Numbered from the stretch's first letter, positions 31,275 to 43,594 are shown. The stretch: DNA of 64,000 nt from Alphaproteobacteria bacterium (GCA_965225945.1 CBDDBZ010000024.1:32001-96000); one strand, 5' to 3'. The notes: generated by a model not told the origin, from the letters alone. Program-made: numbers and translations.

Positions 31275-32114
31275 CTACCCTATGCGGCCCGTTACCTGCT
31301 CGGCGCCTCGGTACAGAATATCGCGCAGAGCCGAAACGGCTCTCTCGTGGAAAGCCACCGCCACGGGGTCCATGTCGCGAGTCGGAATGGGCGTGGGCTC
31401 GAAGTGATGATAGCCGTCCGTGCCGCGCACCAGGGCGGCGCTGTCCCAAGCGCCGACAATCTGCCGCGAGCGGGTGGGCATGTAGTGCAGTGAGATGCCG
31501 ATGCGTCGGTCGTGCGAGGAGTTCGGTCCAGAGGCATGGGCAATGCGTACGTTGTGGATCGACATCTCCCCCGGCCCGAGCGCCATTGCCACGGTCTTGC
31601 TCTCGTCGACTTCGACCGCGATTTCTTGGCCCCGCGTGAGCATGTTGTCGGCATGGAAGGTATCGTCGTGGGGCAGCGCCTCTTCCGCATGGCTTCCCGG
31701 CAGCACGCGCATGCAGCCGCTCTCCACCGTTGCCGGCGAAAGAGCCAGCCAGGCGGAGACCAAATCGGTGGCATCCAGGCCCCAGTAGTTCAGGTCCTGA
31801 TGCCACGACACATAGCTTGGGCTGCGGGCCTCCTTGATCCAGAAGATGGTGTTCCAACAAAGAATGTCGGGACCGATGAGATCCTCGACCACATCCAAGA
31901 TGCGGGGGTGGCGCATCAGGTCGTCGAGCCACTTGAACAGCAGGTGCGACTTGTTGCGCTGGCCACCCTGGATGGGCTGGCCCTGTTCTGCCTCGAAGGC
32001 CTCCAACCGGCCCCGCAGATCTGCGACTTCATCCTCGCGGAGGATCGGGATCGGGAAGAAGATGCCCTCGCGCTGATATTGCGCAACGGCAGCTTCACTC
32101 AGCACCTTCGCCAT
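31275..32114 (-). CDS. Phytanoyl-CoA dioxygenase family (Fe/2OG)
   Basis: WHQD, SAWLAL, HASGPN and RRIG motifs. Confidence 0.9.
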   Translation of the reverse strand: MAKVLSEAAVAQYQREGIFFPIPILREDEVADLRGRLEAFEAEQGQPIQGGQRNKSHLLFKWLDDLMRHPRILDVVEDLIGPDILCWNTIFWIKEARSPSYVSWHQDLNYWGLDATDLVSAWLALSPATVESGCMRVLPGSHAEEALPHDDTFHADNMLTRGQEIAVEVDESKTVAMALGPGEMSIHNVRIAHASGPNSSHDRRIGISLHYMPTRSRQIVGAWDSAALVRGTDGYHHFEPTPIPTRDMDPVAVAFHERAVSALRDILYRGAEQVTGRIG

Positions 32115-32345
32115 GGCGGCTCCTTTGGCGCGCGGGCGTGGTGAACGCGCGAGCAGATCTTAGTCCAAATCATGCCAGGCGTCATGGCCCGCGAGCAACA
32201 TCGGCAATGTCGGGGTAGGGTCACGACGGCAGGGAACGTGAAGCCTGCCCACCCCGCCGGTGCCATGTTCGGCTATTATCGGTCCCGCTATTATCGGTCC
32301 CGAGGGAGTCAGCTGGGGACTGTCGGTTCATGGGAGATCGAAGCA

Positions 32346-33152
32346 ATGAGTTCAGACAATATCGACGTGGTGGCCGACGCCCTGGCCGAGGCCTGGCGCT
32401 CGGGCGGCAGCGTGGCGCCGCTGGACGAGGCGTCGTGGCCGACCACGCTCGCCGAGGCCTACCGGGTCCAGGATGAACTGGACGCGCGGCTCGGCTATGA
32501 GCTGGCGGGCTGGAAGATCGGCATCACCAATCGCGCCGGCATGAAGACCCACGGCCTCGACCATCCGGTCATGGTCGGCCGGCTCTATCGGCAATTCAGC
32601 CAAGACAGCCCCGGGCGGTTTCGCATGGCGGACTTTCGCAACGCGCCGATGGTCGAGGGGGAGTTCGCCTTCCGGCTGGGCCGCGACCTGCCGCCGCGCG
32701 ACGCGCCTTACGGCGAGGCGGAGGTGCGCGAGGCGGTCGCGGCGGTGATCATGACCGTGGACGCGGTGGACACCCGCTGGGGCGTGCATCCCTTCGATCT
32801 GACGATCTATCAGGGCAACGCCGACAATGCCTGCGCCGGCGCCTTCGTGATCGGCGAGGAACTCGACGGGTGGCGCGGTCTCGACCTGGCGAGCCTTCCG
32901 GTCCATCTCTACCTGGACGGGCAGATCGCGAGCGGCGCCGCCTGGCAGGGCGAGCAACGCTGCACCTTGGACGAGCTCTACCGGGCGCTGCGTTGGGCGG
33001 CGAACGAGCTATCCCGGCGTGGCCTCGGCTTCCGGGCCGGCCAGGTGATTTCCACGGGCAGCCCGCACGAGCCGGTGGCGGCGCGACCGGGGGCCGAGAT
33101 CGTCATTCGCTACGGCGACATCGGGGAGATCCAGGTGCGCTTCGACGCATAG
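32346..33152 (+). CDS. 2-keto-4-pentenoate hydratase / FAH family
   Basis: AYRVQ, GWKIGIT, VEGEFAF, ADNA and GQVISTGS motifs. Confidence 0.88.
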   Translation: MSSDNIDVVADALAEAWRSGGSVAPLDEASWPTTLAEAYRVQDELDARLGYELAGWKIGITNRAGMKTHGLDHPVMVGRLYRQFSQDSPGRFRMADFRNAPMVEGEFAFRLGRDLPPRDAPYGEAEVREAVAAVIMTVDAVDTRWGVHPFDLTIYQGNADNACAGAFVIGEELDGWRGLDLASLPVHLYLDGQIASGAAWQGEQRCTLDELYRALRWAANELSRRGLGFRAGQVISTGSPHEPVAARPGAEIVIRYGDIGEIQVRFDA

Positions 33153-33215
33153 GCGATGTCCGGATCCGGCACGGCGTCGCGCGCCGCCGGCGACATGATT
33201 TCGAGGGAGGATGGA

Positions 33216-34136
33216 ATGAAAGTCGGCTTTATCGGTCTGGGCGGCATGGGCAAATACATCGCCCTCAACATCGCCCGCGCCGGCTTCGACCTGACGGTCT
33301 GCGACCTGCGCGAGGACCCCGTGCGGGAGCTGGAGGGCCACGGCGCCACGTCGGCGGCGACCCCGAGGGAGGCGGCCGAGGGCGCGGACATCATCCTGGC
33401 CTCGCTGCCGAACGAGGCCGCGACAGAGCTCGTCGCCTTCGCCGAGACGGGCGTGCTGGCGGGCGCCGGGCACGGCGCCATCTACGTCGAGACCAGCACG
33501 ATCAGCCCCGGGCTGGTCAGGCGCATCGCCGAAAAGGCGGGGACGCGCGCCATCGCCGTCATCGACGCGCCGGTCAGCGGCAGCGTCCGGCAGCGGGAGG
33601 AGGGCACGCTCTCGATCATGGCCGGCGGCGAGGCCGACGCCATCGCCAAGGCCATGCCCGTGTTCCAGGCCTACGGCGAGAACATCTTCCACGTGGGCGG
33701 CGTCGGCGCGGGGGCGACGATCAAGATCGTCAACAACATGACCATGGCGACCAACATGGTCTCGGCCCTGGAGGCCATGGTGCTCGGCGTCAAGGCGGGG
33801 CTCGCGCTCGACACGATTCGCGATGTCATCAGCGTCAGCAGTGGCGGCAGCGCCGTCTTCGACACGATGATGCAGAAGATCCAGTCGCAAAGTTTCAGGC
33901 CCGAGCAGGGCGGAATCGCCAAGCAGTCGCTTCGCACCGTGCGCAAGGATTCGAGCCTGGCGATGGACCTCGCCTCGGAGCTGAACGTGCCCCTGCTCGC
34001 CAGTGCCGCCGCTGCCCAGGCCTGGATCGCGGCCGAGGCGCGAGGGCTGGGCGGCATGGAGATTCACGCGCTCCTCTCGGTCCTGGAAGAGCTCTCGGGC
34101 GTCCAGGTCCAGCCCGACGAGTTTTCGGACGACTGA
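33216..34136 (+). CDS. NAD(P)-dependent beta-hydroxyacid dehydrogenase
   Basis: GFIGLGGMG, DAPVSGS and KIVNN motifs. Confidence 0.92.
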   Translation: MKVGFIGLGGMGKYIALNIARAGFDLTVCDLREDPVRELEGHGATSAATPREAAEGADIILASLPNEAATELVAFAETGVLAGAGHGAIYVETSTISPGLVRRIAEKAGTRAIAVIDAPVSGSVRQREEGTLSIMAGGEADAIAKAMPVFQAYGENIFHVGGVGAGATIKIVNNMTMATNMVSALEAMVLGVKAGLALDTIRDVISVSSGGSAVFDTMMQKIQSQSFRPEQGGIAKQSLRTVRKDSSLAMDLASELNVPLLASAAAAQAWIAAEARGLGGMEIHALLSVLEELSGVQVQPDEFSDD

Positions 34137-34351
34137 GGGTCCGACGCGAAAGCCCCCGATCAACGAATCGAGACGGACCGAGATGCCGGCAAGGTCGAGC
34201 AACGTGTTCTCGCCAGCCTTGGCCGGTTCTCGACACTCGACGACGCGCTGTCCACGCGCGATATCACCTCGAGTCGGCCCCTGGGCACGCGCATCGAAGT
34301 GCGCGTGATCGTCGGCGCCTGCGTCGTGTTTCGGAGCAGGAGAAGGCCGCT

Positions 34352-35305
34352 TCAGCCCGGCACGCCCTCCGCCGCGTCGTTGAAGCTGAAGCCCATGGTC
34401 CGGCAGTGGTAGTACAGCCCGCCGTCCTGGGCCACCAGGCGGATGGTCCTGTCGTTGCCCCGATTGTGATGGGAGTGGGTCGTCCCGGGCGGGGTCAGCA
34501 TCACCGCATCTTCCAGCCAGTCGACCCGCTCGCCGTCGAGTGTCGAGTAACAGTCGTCGCTCTTGACGATGAGCGTGACGGCAACCGAGTTGTGGTAATG
34601 CGGTCGCTGGTCCTCGCCGACCGCGAGCGAGGCGAGCGCCAGGGTGAGCGTCGGCGTGATCCGCCGCCATTCCTGCCCCTCGCTGGAGAACACCACCGCC
34701 TTGCCGGTCACATCCGGCCCGTTCAAGCTCTCGGCCGATTGCAGCCACTGCGCGAGCTCCTCGGCCGGATAGAGCAGCGCTTCGATGGGCGCGTTGCCGG
34801 GGAGCGGCGGTTCGGCGTTCTCCAAGGCGAGCTGCGGCTCGTTGGTCAGCAGGAAGAGCAACGAATCCGTCTCGCCGGCCACATGCCTGGTCTGGCCGCC
34901 ACCCGGCAGGCAGAACACGTCGCCCCGGCGCCACGGAATCCGATCGTCACCCTTCTCGGAATGCCCGGCGCCCCGCATGACGTAGTAGACCTCGGCACTG
35001 GCCTTGAGCTCCGTCGTCACCGAGTCGCCGGGGCGGATCCGGACATAGCGGACCAGCAGCAATGGCGTCGTCGCGGGAAAATCGAGTTCGAGGCGGTCGC
35101 TGATGTCGAGCGGAATAAGCCCCGTCTCCGTCGCCGGATCGAGGGCCTTGGCGCGCTCTTCGACGAAGACGTGGCGCGGCACCTCCGGGATCTTGACCTC
35201 GAAGGCGTTCTCCGGCGCCGAGTAACGGGCCCGCGCGGCATAAACGCCCCGCGCGGCGCTCTCGTCCAAACCAGCTGTCGGCGCTACCGTTTCCCGTTGC
35301 AACAT
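34352..35305 (-). CDS. Bicupin (gentisate dioxygenase-like) protein
   Basis: QRPHYHNS, TPPGTTHSHHN and QDGG motifs. Confidence 0.75.
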   Translation of the reverse strand: MLQRETVAPTAGLDESAARGVYAARARYSAPENAFEVKIPEVPRHVFVEERAKALDPATETGLIPLDISDRLELDFPATTPLLLVRYVRIRPGDSVTTELKASAEVYYVMRGAGHSEKGDDRIPWRRGDVFCLPGGGQTRHVAGETDSLLFLLTNEPQLALENAEPPLPGNAPIEALLYPAEELAQWLQSAESLNGPDVTGKAVVFSSEGQEWRRITPTLTLALASLAVGEDQRPHYHNSVAVTLIVKSDDCYSTLDGERVDWLEDAVMLTPPGTTHSHHNRGNDRTIRLVAQDGGLYYHCRTMGFSFNDAAEGVPG

Positions 35306-35877
35306 CGTCCTTTCCCCTTCGCTTTGGCCATGACCCGAAGCCATGTGGTCGGCACCGCCGCCATCTCCCGGCTGGCGCCCTCCGGTGGCCGACGAGGATA
35401 GCACGGAATGAACTCTCCGTGTGGCGCGTCGCGATGGAGCCGATCGATCGATTTGCGGTGATCGGAGGTGATCGAGTAACATTCGGGGTCTGTTCGTGCG
35501 AGTGAGTGCGTCGGGGGAGGGTCGATCACGCCGTGTTGGCGGCAAGTTCGGGTGCCCGAATGGCGACCCCTGGGTGGGAGGGCGGCCTTGTCGCGTCCGT
35601 TGGGCAAACCGATCGATCACCTCGACGTGGGTCACTCCATGGCCCGCGGCACCGTGTCATGGCGCCGTGACATTGCGCCCAGATGCCTCACCGCCTTACC
35701 AGCGATCGCGCCACCTCGCCCCACGTGGGTCGAACGAAGCTCGTTTACCCGAGCTTCAGCCGCTTCCAGCGCCGCTCGCGCCGAATATGACCAGGCGCCG
35801 CCCGCTCGGAAGCGATCCGAGACGACGACTGCCGGCCCGCCGGGCCGGAATTGAAGACGGGGGATCGGGGAAGACTG

Positions 35878-37565
35878 ATGCAAGAGCCCAAGCAAACTCT
35901 GGCGCACGTCATCGCCGATCAGATGGCCAAGTACGGGGGGTTCATCCTCGTCGGCCTGTTCCTGCTTCCGGTCATCATCGTGCCCATCTGGGTCGGCGAC
36001 CTCGCGCGGTTGCTGGAGATCCTCGAGGAATTCCTGCCGATCCTGATGTTGATGTCCCTCGCGATCCTGCTCTTCACGGGCTATCCGGTGGCCTTCATTC
36101 TGGGCGGGTTGGCGATTTGCTACGGCTTCGTGGGATGGTTCTTCGGAATTTTCGAGATCCAAGAGTTCTTCAATTTCGTGCCGCGCATCTGGATCGGCGC
36201 CGCCGAGAACCTGGTGCTCGTCGCGGTGCCCGCCTTCATCGTCATGGGCATCATGATGGAGCGGAGCGGCGTTGCCCACCGCATGCTTTATTCCTGCCAG
36301 GTCTTGCTGCGCCGGGTGCCGGGCGCGCTCTGCCTCTCCGTCACCGTGATGGGCACGATCCTCGCGGCGATGACCGGAATCATCGGCGCGTCGGTGACGA
36401 TGATGAATTAAACTCCGGTTCGGTTTTCAGAACAATCAAGAATTAGAGCGGCGTTGCCCACCGCATGCTTTATTCCTGCCAGGTCTTGCTGCGCCGGGTG
36501 CCGGGCGCGCTCTGCCTCTCCGTCACCGTGATGGGCACGATCCTCGCGGCGATGACCGGAATCATCGGCGCGTCGGTGACGATGATGACCGCCATGGCGC
36601 TGCCGACGATGCTCAAGCAGGGCTACGATCAGGGCCTGGCGACGGGCTCGATCTGCGCCTCCGGTTGTCTCGGCATCCTGATCCCGCCCTCGATCATGCT
36701 GATCATCATGGCGGATCTGCTCTCGATCTCGGTCGGCAGCCTGTTCATGGCGGCGCTCGGCCCGGGACTGATACTCGCCTCGCTGTATCTGATCTACATC
36801 TTCTTGATCTCCACATTTCGGCCCTCGGTCGCGCCGCCGCTACCCTCGGAGATGCTGAACTTGCCGCGCAAGGAAATGCCCCCGTTGATCCTGAAGGGCT
36901 TCCTTCCGCCGGTCTTCCTGATCGCGCTCATCAAATGCTCGATCCTGTTCGGCTGGGCCACCCCCAGCGAGGCGGGCGCGGTGGGCGCCTTCGGGGCGTT
37001 CGTTCTCGCTGCCTTCTACGGGACGTTGAAATGGCCGATGCTCAGGTCCGTTTGCCACACCTCGGCGAACACGATCGCGATGGTCTTCTTCATCATCATC
37101 ACCGCGACCTGCTTCGCCTACGTCTTCCGCTCGCTCGGCGGCGACGATGTGGTCGATGGTTTGATCCGCGAGGCGGGCCTCGACACCTGGGGCCTGCTGT
37201 TCCTGATCATGGGCATCGTCTTCGTGCTGGGCTTCTTCCTCGATTGGCTGGAGATCACGCTCATCATCCTGCCGATCTTCGCCCCGATGGTGGCGACCTT
37301 CGACTTCGGCGATCACGTGGCGAAGATGGACACGCTCTACTGGTTCACGGTGCTGCTGGCGATCAATTTGCAGACCTCGTTCCTGACCCCGCCGTTCGGC
37401 TATGCCCTGTTTTACCTGAAGGGGATCGCGCCGCCGGAGGTCACGCTTCTCAGCATCTATCGCGGGATCATTCCGTTCGTCATCCTGCAGCTCATCGGGC
37501 TGGGGATCGTGCTGAGGTTTCCGGAGATTGCCTTGTGGCTGCCTAGAGCGGTCTATGGCGGCTGA
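35878..37565 (+). pseudogene. dctM: TRAP large permease disrupted by a 143-bp duplication plus a 39-bp foreign insert
   Basis: 36264-36406 is repeated at 36446-36588; the insert brings a TAA at 36409-36411; LGILIPPS and SFLTPPFG lie downstream. Confidence 0.88.
36404..36446. mobile_element. 43-bp internal fragment of the 755-bp element
   Basis: Identical to 24401-24443. Confidence 0.9.
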
Positions 37566-38281
37566 TGGAGGACAGGAACATGGCTAGCACTGACAACGTC
37601 TCGGAAACTCGAGAATCCGGCCTGCTCCGTTTCACCCTTGCTCTCAGTCGATTTATCGACCTGTGCGGTCGTTGGGGCTCCTACTTCATCATACCGCTGG
37701 TGGCGATAACGATCTTCGACGTCTTTATTCGAAAGCTCATCTGGATTCAGCTTTGGCTCATAGACAATTTTGGCAGGCCGTTCCAGTCGACGACGCTGCA
37801 GGAGCTCGAATGGCATTTTCATACCGTCATTTTCGCCCTCGTCCTGGGCTATGGGTATGTGAATAACCGTCACGTGCGTGTCGATCTCATTCGCGAGACT
37901 CTCGCGTTCCGCAAGCAGGCCTGGATCGAGTTCCTCGGTTGTACCGTCTTCATGATCCCGTTCACCGCGTTCGTGTTGTTCTTCTCCGTCAAGTTTGCCT
38001 GGGACTCCTATGTTACGAACGAGATTTCCGGCTCGATGGTCGGGCTGGGATACCGTTGGATCATCAAGACGGTCTTCGTGCTCGGCTTGGTACTGGCGTT
38101 GCTGTCGGGTATCGCGGTCTGGCTCGAGACCGCCTTGATCCTCTTCAACTTGGAGAGGTCGAAGTTCCGGCTGATGACGCTCGAATGGCCGGGGCAGGAG
38201 GTCTCGAGACGGGTCCAGAGCGACGAGGAGGAGGGCGATCCACCGGGATCGCCAGGAGCGGAAACGCAGTCCGCGAATTAG
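37565..38281 (+). CDS. dctQ: TRAP small permease
   Basis: LQELEWH and HVRVD motifs; four TM segments. Confidence 0.88.
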   Translation: MEDRNMASTDNVSETRESGLLRFTLALSRFIDLCGRWGSYFIIPLVAITIFDVFIRKLIWIQLWLIDNFGRPFQSTTLQELEWHFHTVIFALVLGYGYVNNRHVRVDLIRETLAFRKQAWIEFLGCTVFMIPFTAFVLFFSVKFAWDSYVTNEISGSMVGLGYRWIIKTVFVLGLVLALLSGIAVWLETALILFNLERSKFRLMTLEWPGQEVSRRVQSDEEEGDPPGSPGAETQSAN

Positions 38282-38991
38282 CGCGCTTCAGGTGTGAAGC
38301 GCATCGCCGGGCCGCCCCAAGCCAGCCCGGGGCCGCATTCTCACCGATTCCTGAATGTGGGAAAGTACACGTGACGCGAAGCGAAGGACGTCTTCACGGG
38401 GGACGAAATCGGGTAGGCGGGTTCCTCGCGGTTCCCGCCTCCCACACCACCGGGCATACGTTCTACGTACCACGGCGGTTTCCGGTTAGTTGCAACGCTC
38501 GGAACCTGTCGGCTAGGGGGATGAGCCCCTGGCCGTCGAACCAAGCCAGGGTCATGGCCTCGGTGGCTTGGGGGCTGAGGGACTTGCGCCACCAGCCCTT
38601 GCCGGAGAGAGCCAAGATCCATGCCCGCCATTCGGGCACCCCAAGGCTTCGCAGAAAATCCGCTTGCGCCTTGGTGCGCTTGCATTGCTTGAGCCGGACA
38701 CAGCGCAGTTTTCGGCGGATCCATCCGTCGAGACGCCGTAGTTGTCTCCCGCAACGGGCATGGCGGAAATACGTCACCCAACCGGCGAGGAAGCTGTTCA
38801 GCTCGCCGACCATGCGCGCGAGGCTGACGCCCCGGTTGCGCCGGGTGATTTCGCGAACCCGTTGCTTCGCCCGCCGCAGGCTTTGGGGCGCAATGCCGAG
38901 CGATCCATCCGGCAAAAGTCGGTGGCCGAGGAACCTGCGTTCCCAGACCGGAGCGACGGCACTTTTCTCCTGGTTGATCTGAAGATGCAAC

Positions 38992-39746
38992 CTTGCCTAT
39001 CCGGTTATCACCCACACCCACTATATGTAGTGTGCACCCATTTTACTGAGTAAAGCTCGGTGCAGGTCGAAGCGGAGATATCTCCGGCGATGCCGAGCAG
39101 GGACTCGGACGGCATTGTAGCGCCTTTTAGGCGACACTTTAGCGTGGTGGAAATCCTAATCATTGAGTCGGATTTGGCAAAACGCCACGTTGCATAAAGG
39201 ACCGTCACTTCATTGAAATTTATCTGAAATCGGAGGTGAACGACACCGATGGAATATTCCAGGAAATCAGAGCTTCATTGAATTGTAGGATTCGAGTGCC
39301 GGATTATTCACAAATAGCTCTGTGAACTGGTTTTCAAGTTCGCTCAATACGTCATATGAAGTAAACGGATTGAGGATCACGTTCTTGCGTGTCGCTTCGT
39401 CTTCGCTGCGACTCAAAACGCGCAGGAGACTAACAGGCGCGGACGGGTTCTTCGCAACGATTCGTGCCAGCGCGTCGCTTTCTTCGACTAGTGCCGTCAA
39501 TCGCTCAGACGATGTCGTTTCATCAGCAGCTTCCCGTCTGGCCGTGGGTTTCTTCGTTTTTCCCTTGGTCGCCACCGTTCCGTCCCCCGATGTTAAGTAC
39601 GTGACGTGAATTAAACTCCGGTTCGGTTTTCAGAACAATCAAGAATTAGCCGGATCGCCTCCTCAATGCGCCTGCGCCGGCCCTTGCCTGCAGTCCAAGG
39701 AGACACACTACATATAGTGGGTGTGGGTGATAACCGGATAGGCAAG
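38992..39746. mobile_element. 755-bp TIR element, copy 3 (passenger ORF 39267-39575, minus strand)
   Basis: One substitution seen versus copies 1 and 2; 8-bp TSD GATGCAAC at 38984-38991 and 39747-39754. Confidence 0.95.
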
Positions 39747-40864
39747 GATGCAACCTGCCTTGGAGGAATTTGGCCACCGAGGCCATCACCCGTTCGCCTG
39801 CCGCCTGGCTGCGAACATAGATGTTCACATCGTCGGCGTAACGGCAGAAGCGATGGCCCCGCGCCTCCAGCATCTGGTCCAGGTCGTCCAGTAGAAGATT
39901 GGCCAGCAGCGGCGACAGCGGGCCGCCTTGCGGCGTACCCTCATGGCGCCGGATGCAGACGCCGGCTTGCATCATCCCCGCTTGCAGGAAACGCCGGATG
40001 ATGCGCAGCAGGCGCTTGTCGCCAATGCGCCCAGCCAGTCGGGACATCAGAATGTCGTGCTTGACCCGGTCGAAGAACGTCTCCAAATCCAGGTCGACCA
40101 CGATCCCGTGGCCTTCGGCGACGTATTTGCCTGCTTGGGCCAGAGCATCGTGGGCGCTCCGTCCCGGACGGAAGCCAAAACTCGAACCCGAGAAAGCCGG
40201 ATCGAGAATTGGCTGAAGGACTTGCAGGATGGCTTGCTGAACCAGACGGTCCAGCACCGTCGGGATGCCCAATTGCCGCATCCCGCCCCCCGGCTTGGGA
40301 ATCGAGACCCCCTTCACCGGTTGTGGCCGATAACCGCCTCGGGCCCACTGCGCCACCAGCGCATCCTTGTGATCGGCGAGCCAGGGCCGTAGGTCTAGGA
40401 TGGTCATCCCATCCACCCCCGCCGACCCCTTATTCGCCTTCACCCGCCTGTAGGCTTGGCTCATGTCGGTGGCGATGAAAAACCGCGCTTAGATGGTGAT
40501 TTCAGCGACATCGGGCATCGTGGCGCTGTAGCTGCGTGGTTTGCAGGCGGGAGTTGGCTCGGCGCAGCGGTGGGTAAGTAGCCCGCCGCGGCGACCGCCA
40601 AGAGTCTGGCGGCGGCGGGCTGCTTATCCACCGCGGGCGGGCGTCTCGATTCCTGTTTTGGCTGGCTGGCGGCGGCGGTTCCGCGGACCTGACAAGGGGA
40701 GCCGCGGGAGTACACTCGGGCCGCTGAGAACGATGCGGCGCCGGCCCCGTTTGCTTGCTGGCAACGACCGGCACCGCACCCCCCGAGCCATGCAAGGCAC
40801 GACCCATATGCGCAGTATCGTGCGGGTTTGGGCGTGGGTCCACCCCGTTCTCATCGGCTGCGCG

Positions 40865-41305
40865 ATGAAGAACACCGCCCGCCTGTTCAACTGCGCCTCG
40901 TGCCATCAACAGGTGGTTCTCTGCCGGCACTGCGACCACGGCAACATCTACTGTTCACGGAGCTGCAGCGATCGGGTGCGCCGGCGATCGCAGCGCCATG
41001 CCGGGCAGCGCTACCAGAACAGCCGGCGGGGCCGTCACAAGCATGCTGAGCGCCAGCGGCGCTATCGCGAACGCCGGCGGCGCCGGACGCCGGTGAATCG
41101 GCGCCGCGGGCAGGAAGTGACGCATCACCCTTTGACCGCCGCGCGGCGGCGTCCTGTTGTGGCGCGGACGCCGGCAGGGCGTCCCGGAACACGGCCCTTC
41201 GGGCACGAGCGGCCCGCCAGGGTCTTCCGCTGCGATCGCTGCGGCCGGTTCTGCGGGCAGGCGGTCTATCCGGGGCTGCGCCCGACGGGAAAGGGGGTGA
41301 GATGA
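40865..41305 (+). CDS. Cys-rich Zn-finger / Arg-rich protein upstream of istA
   Basis: CASC...[15 protein letters not shown] and C-terminal CDRCGRFC; ATGA overlap with istA. Confidence 0.75.
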   Translation: MKNTARLFNCASCHQQVVLCRHCDHGNIYCSRSCSDRVRRRSQRHAGQRYQNSRRGRHKHAERQRRYRERRRRRTPVNRRRGQEVTHHPLTAARRRPVVARTPAGRPGTRPFGHERPARVFRCDRCGRFCGQAVYPGLRPTGKGVR

Positions 41306-42807
41306 CCATCGACAAGGAGACCCGCGCGGAGATCCTGCGCCTGTATCACGTCGAGAAGTGGACGGTCGGCACGATCACACGCCAGCTCGGCGTGCATCGC
41401 TACACCGTCGAGCGCCTCCTCACCGCGGCCGGCGAGCCCCGGGACGCGAGGTCGCCCAGGCCGTCGATGATCGATCCATACGTGCCGTTCATCGCCGAGA
41501 CGCTGGCATCCTGGCCGACGCTGCCCGCCAGCCGGCTCTACCAGATGGTGCGCGAACGCGGCTATCCGGGCGGCGGCGACCACTTCCGTCATCTGCTCAG
41601 CCACTTCAGGCCCAGGCCCGTGGCCGAGGCCTATCTGCGCCTCAAGACCCTTCCCGGCGAGCAGGCCCAGGTCGACTGGGGACACTTCGGCAAGGTGACG
41701 ATCGGCCGCGCGGAGCGCCGCCTGATGGGCTTCGTGATGGTTCTCAGCTACTCGCGGCGGATCTTCCTGCGCTTCTACCTCGACGCCGGGATGAGCAACT
41801 TCCTGCGCGGCCATGTCGAAGCCTTCGAGGCGTGGCAGGGCGTGCCCCGCGAGCTCTGGTACGACAACCTGAAGAGCGTCGTGCTGGAGCGCCGCGGCGC
41901 CGCCATCCGGTTCAATCCCCGGATCCTCGACCTCGCCGGCCACTACCACTTCCTGCCCAAGCCCGTCGCGGTCGCGCGCGGCAACGAGAAGGGGCGCGTG
42001 GAGCGGGCGATTCGCTATGTCCGGACCAGCTTCTTCGCCGCCCGCCGGTGGCGCGATATCGACGATCTCAACGCCCAGGCCCTGGCCTGGTGCCACGGCA
42101 TCGCCGCCGACCGCCCCTGGCCCGAAGACCGCTCGATCACCGTGCGCGAGGCCTTCGAGCGGGAACGCGGCTCTCTCATCGCGCTGCCCGGCGATCCCTT
42201 CCCCGACCACGACCGGGTCGAGGTCGCCATCGGCAAGACCCCCTACGCCCGCTTCGATCTCAACGATTACAGCGTGCCGCACACCCATGTGCGGCGCACC
42301 CTCGTCGTGGTCGCGACGCTCGACGAGGTGCGCATCCTCGACGGTGTGGACGTCATCGCCAGCCATCCGCGCAGCTTCGACAAGGCGGCCCGCATCGAGA
42401 ACCCCGAGCACATCGCCGAGCTGGTCAGGCGCAAGAGCCATGCCCGCCGCCTTCGCGGCCAGGACCGGCTGGTCCAGGCCGCGCCCAACAGCGAGCGCCT
42501 GCTCGCCGAGGCCGCCCAGCGCGGCGGCTATATAGGCGCCACCGTCGCCGCCCTGTTGCGCCTCCTCGACGCCTACGGCGCCGCCGAGCTCGAGGCGGCC
42601 ATCGACGAGGCCCTGAAGCGGGACGTTCCCCATCCCAACGCCGTGCGCCTGAGCCTGACCCGGCGGCGCGAGCTGCGGCACCAACCCCCGCCCATCCCCG
42701 TCGAACTGCCCGGCGATCCGAGAGTGCGCGACATCACTGTCCGCGATCACGACCTCGTCGGATACGACGGGCTGGCCGGCGAACCCGAGGAGGACAGCGA
42801 GCAATGA
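41302..42807 (+). CDS. istA: IS21 transposase
   Basis: [18 protein letters not shown] and [13 protein letters not shown] motifs. Confidence 0.95.
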   Translation: MTIDKETRAEILRLYHVEKWTVGTITRQLGVHRYTVERLLTAAGEPRDARSPRPSMIDPYVPFIAETLASWPTLPASRLYQMVRERGYPGGGDHFRHLLSHFRPRPVAEAYLRLKTLPGEQAQVDWGHFGKVTIGRAERRLMGFVMVLSYSRRIFLRFYLDAGMSNFLRGHVEAFEAWQGVPRELWYDNLKSVVLERRGAAIRFNPRILDLAGHYHFLPKPVAVARGNEKGRVERAIRYVRTSFFAARRWRDIDDLNAQALAWCHGIAADRPWPEDRSITVREAFERERGSLIALPGDPFPDHDRVEVAIGKTPYARFDLNDYSVPHTHVRRTLVVVATLDEVRILDGVDVIASHPRSFDKAARIENPEHIAELVRRKSHARRLRGQDRLVQAAPNSERLLAEAAQRGGYIGATVAALLRLLDAYGAAELEAAIDEALKRDVPHPNAVRLSLTRRRELRHQPPPIPVELPGDPRVRDITVRDHDLVGYDGLAGEPEEDSEQ

Positions 42808-43592
42808 ACGATACCCTCATGGGCCGTGCCCGGGCGCTCGGCCTGCACGGCCTCGCCGCCCACTGGGGCGAGGTCGCCGGGCATGACTGGCCCGCTGCGC
42901 TGGTCGCCTGGGAAGAGGAGGAACGGCGAAGCCGCAGCCTCAAGCGCCGCCTCGGCGACGCCCGCCTCGGACAGTTCAAGCCGCTCGCCGACTTCGACTG
43001 GGCATGGCCGCGCCGCTGCGACCGCATGGCCGTCGAGGATCTCATGAGCCTCGAGTTCCTCAACGAGGCCGCCAACGTCGTCCTGGTCGGCCCAAACGGC
43101 GTCGGCAAGTCGACCATCGCCGCCAATATCGCCCACCGCGCCGTCCTCGAGGGCCACACCGTGCGCTTCGCCACCGCGGCCAGCATGCTCGGCGAGCTCG
43201 CCGCCCTCGACAGCGACACCCTGCTTCAGCGCAGGCTGCGCTTCTACGCCCGCCAGCACCTGCTGGTGATCGACGAGGTCGGATACCTGTCCTACAGCAA
43301 CCGCCATGCCGATCTGCTGTTCAACATCGTCTCCAGCCGCAGCCAGCAGAACTCCACCATAATCACCACCAACCGGCCCTTCGCCGAGTGGGGTGAGGCC
43401 TTCCCCAACGCCGCCTGCCTCGTCGCCCTGGTCGACCGCCTCGTCCACAACGCCGAGATCATCGCCATCGACGCCGAGTCCTGGCGCCGCAAGGAGGCCG
43501 AGGAACGCCAGAAGCAGCGCAGCGCCGAGCGCCGCCGGCGGCGAGCCGGCAAGGCCGGCGCGCAGGACCGCGGGGAACCGCCGCCGGCGTAG
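42804..43592 (+). CDS. istB: IS21 helper AAA+ ATPase
   Basis: [22 protein letters not shown] and DRLVH motifs. Confidence 0.95.
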   Translation: MNDTLMGRARALGLHGLAAHWGEVAGHDWPAALVAWEEEERRSRSLKRRLGDARLGQFKPLADFDWAWPRRCDRMAVEDLMSLEFLNEAANVVLVGPNGVGKSTIAANIAHRAVLEGHTVRFATAASMLGELAALDSDTLLQRRLRFYARQHLLVIDEVGYLSYSNRHADLLFNIVSSRSQQNSTIITTNRPFAEWGEAFPNAACLVALVDRLVHNAEIIAIDAESWRRKEAEERQKQRSAERRRRRAGKAGAQDRGEPPPA

Positions 43593-43594
43593 CC

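Noticed and set aside
36264-36588. CRISPR-like repeat-spacer-repeat
   Set aside because: The repeats are 143 bp of coding sequence, there is only one unit and no cas genes; kept as a templated insertion instead.
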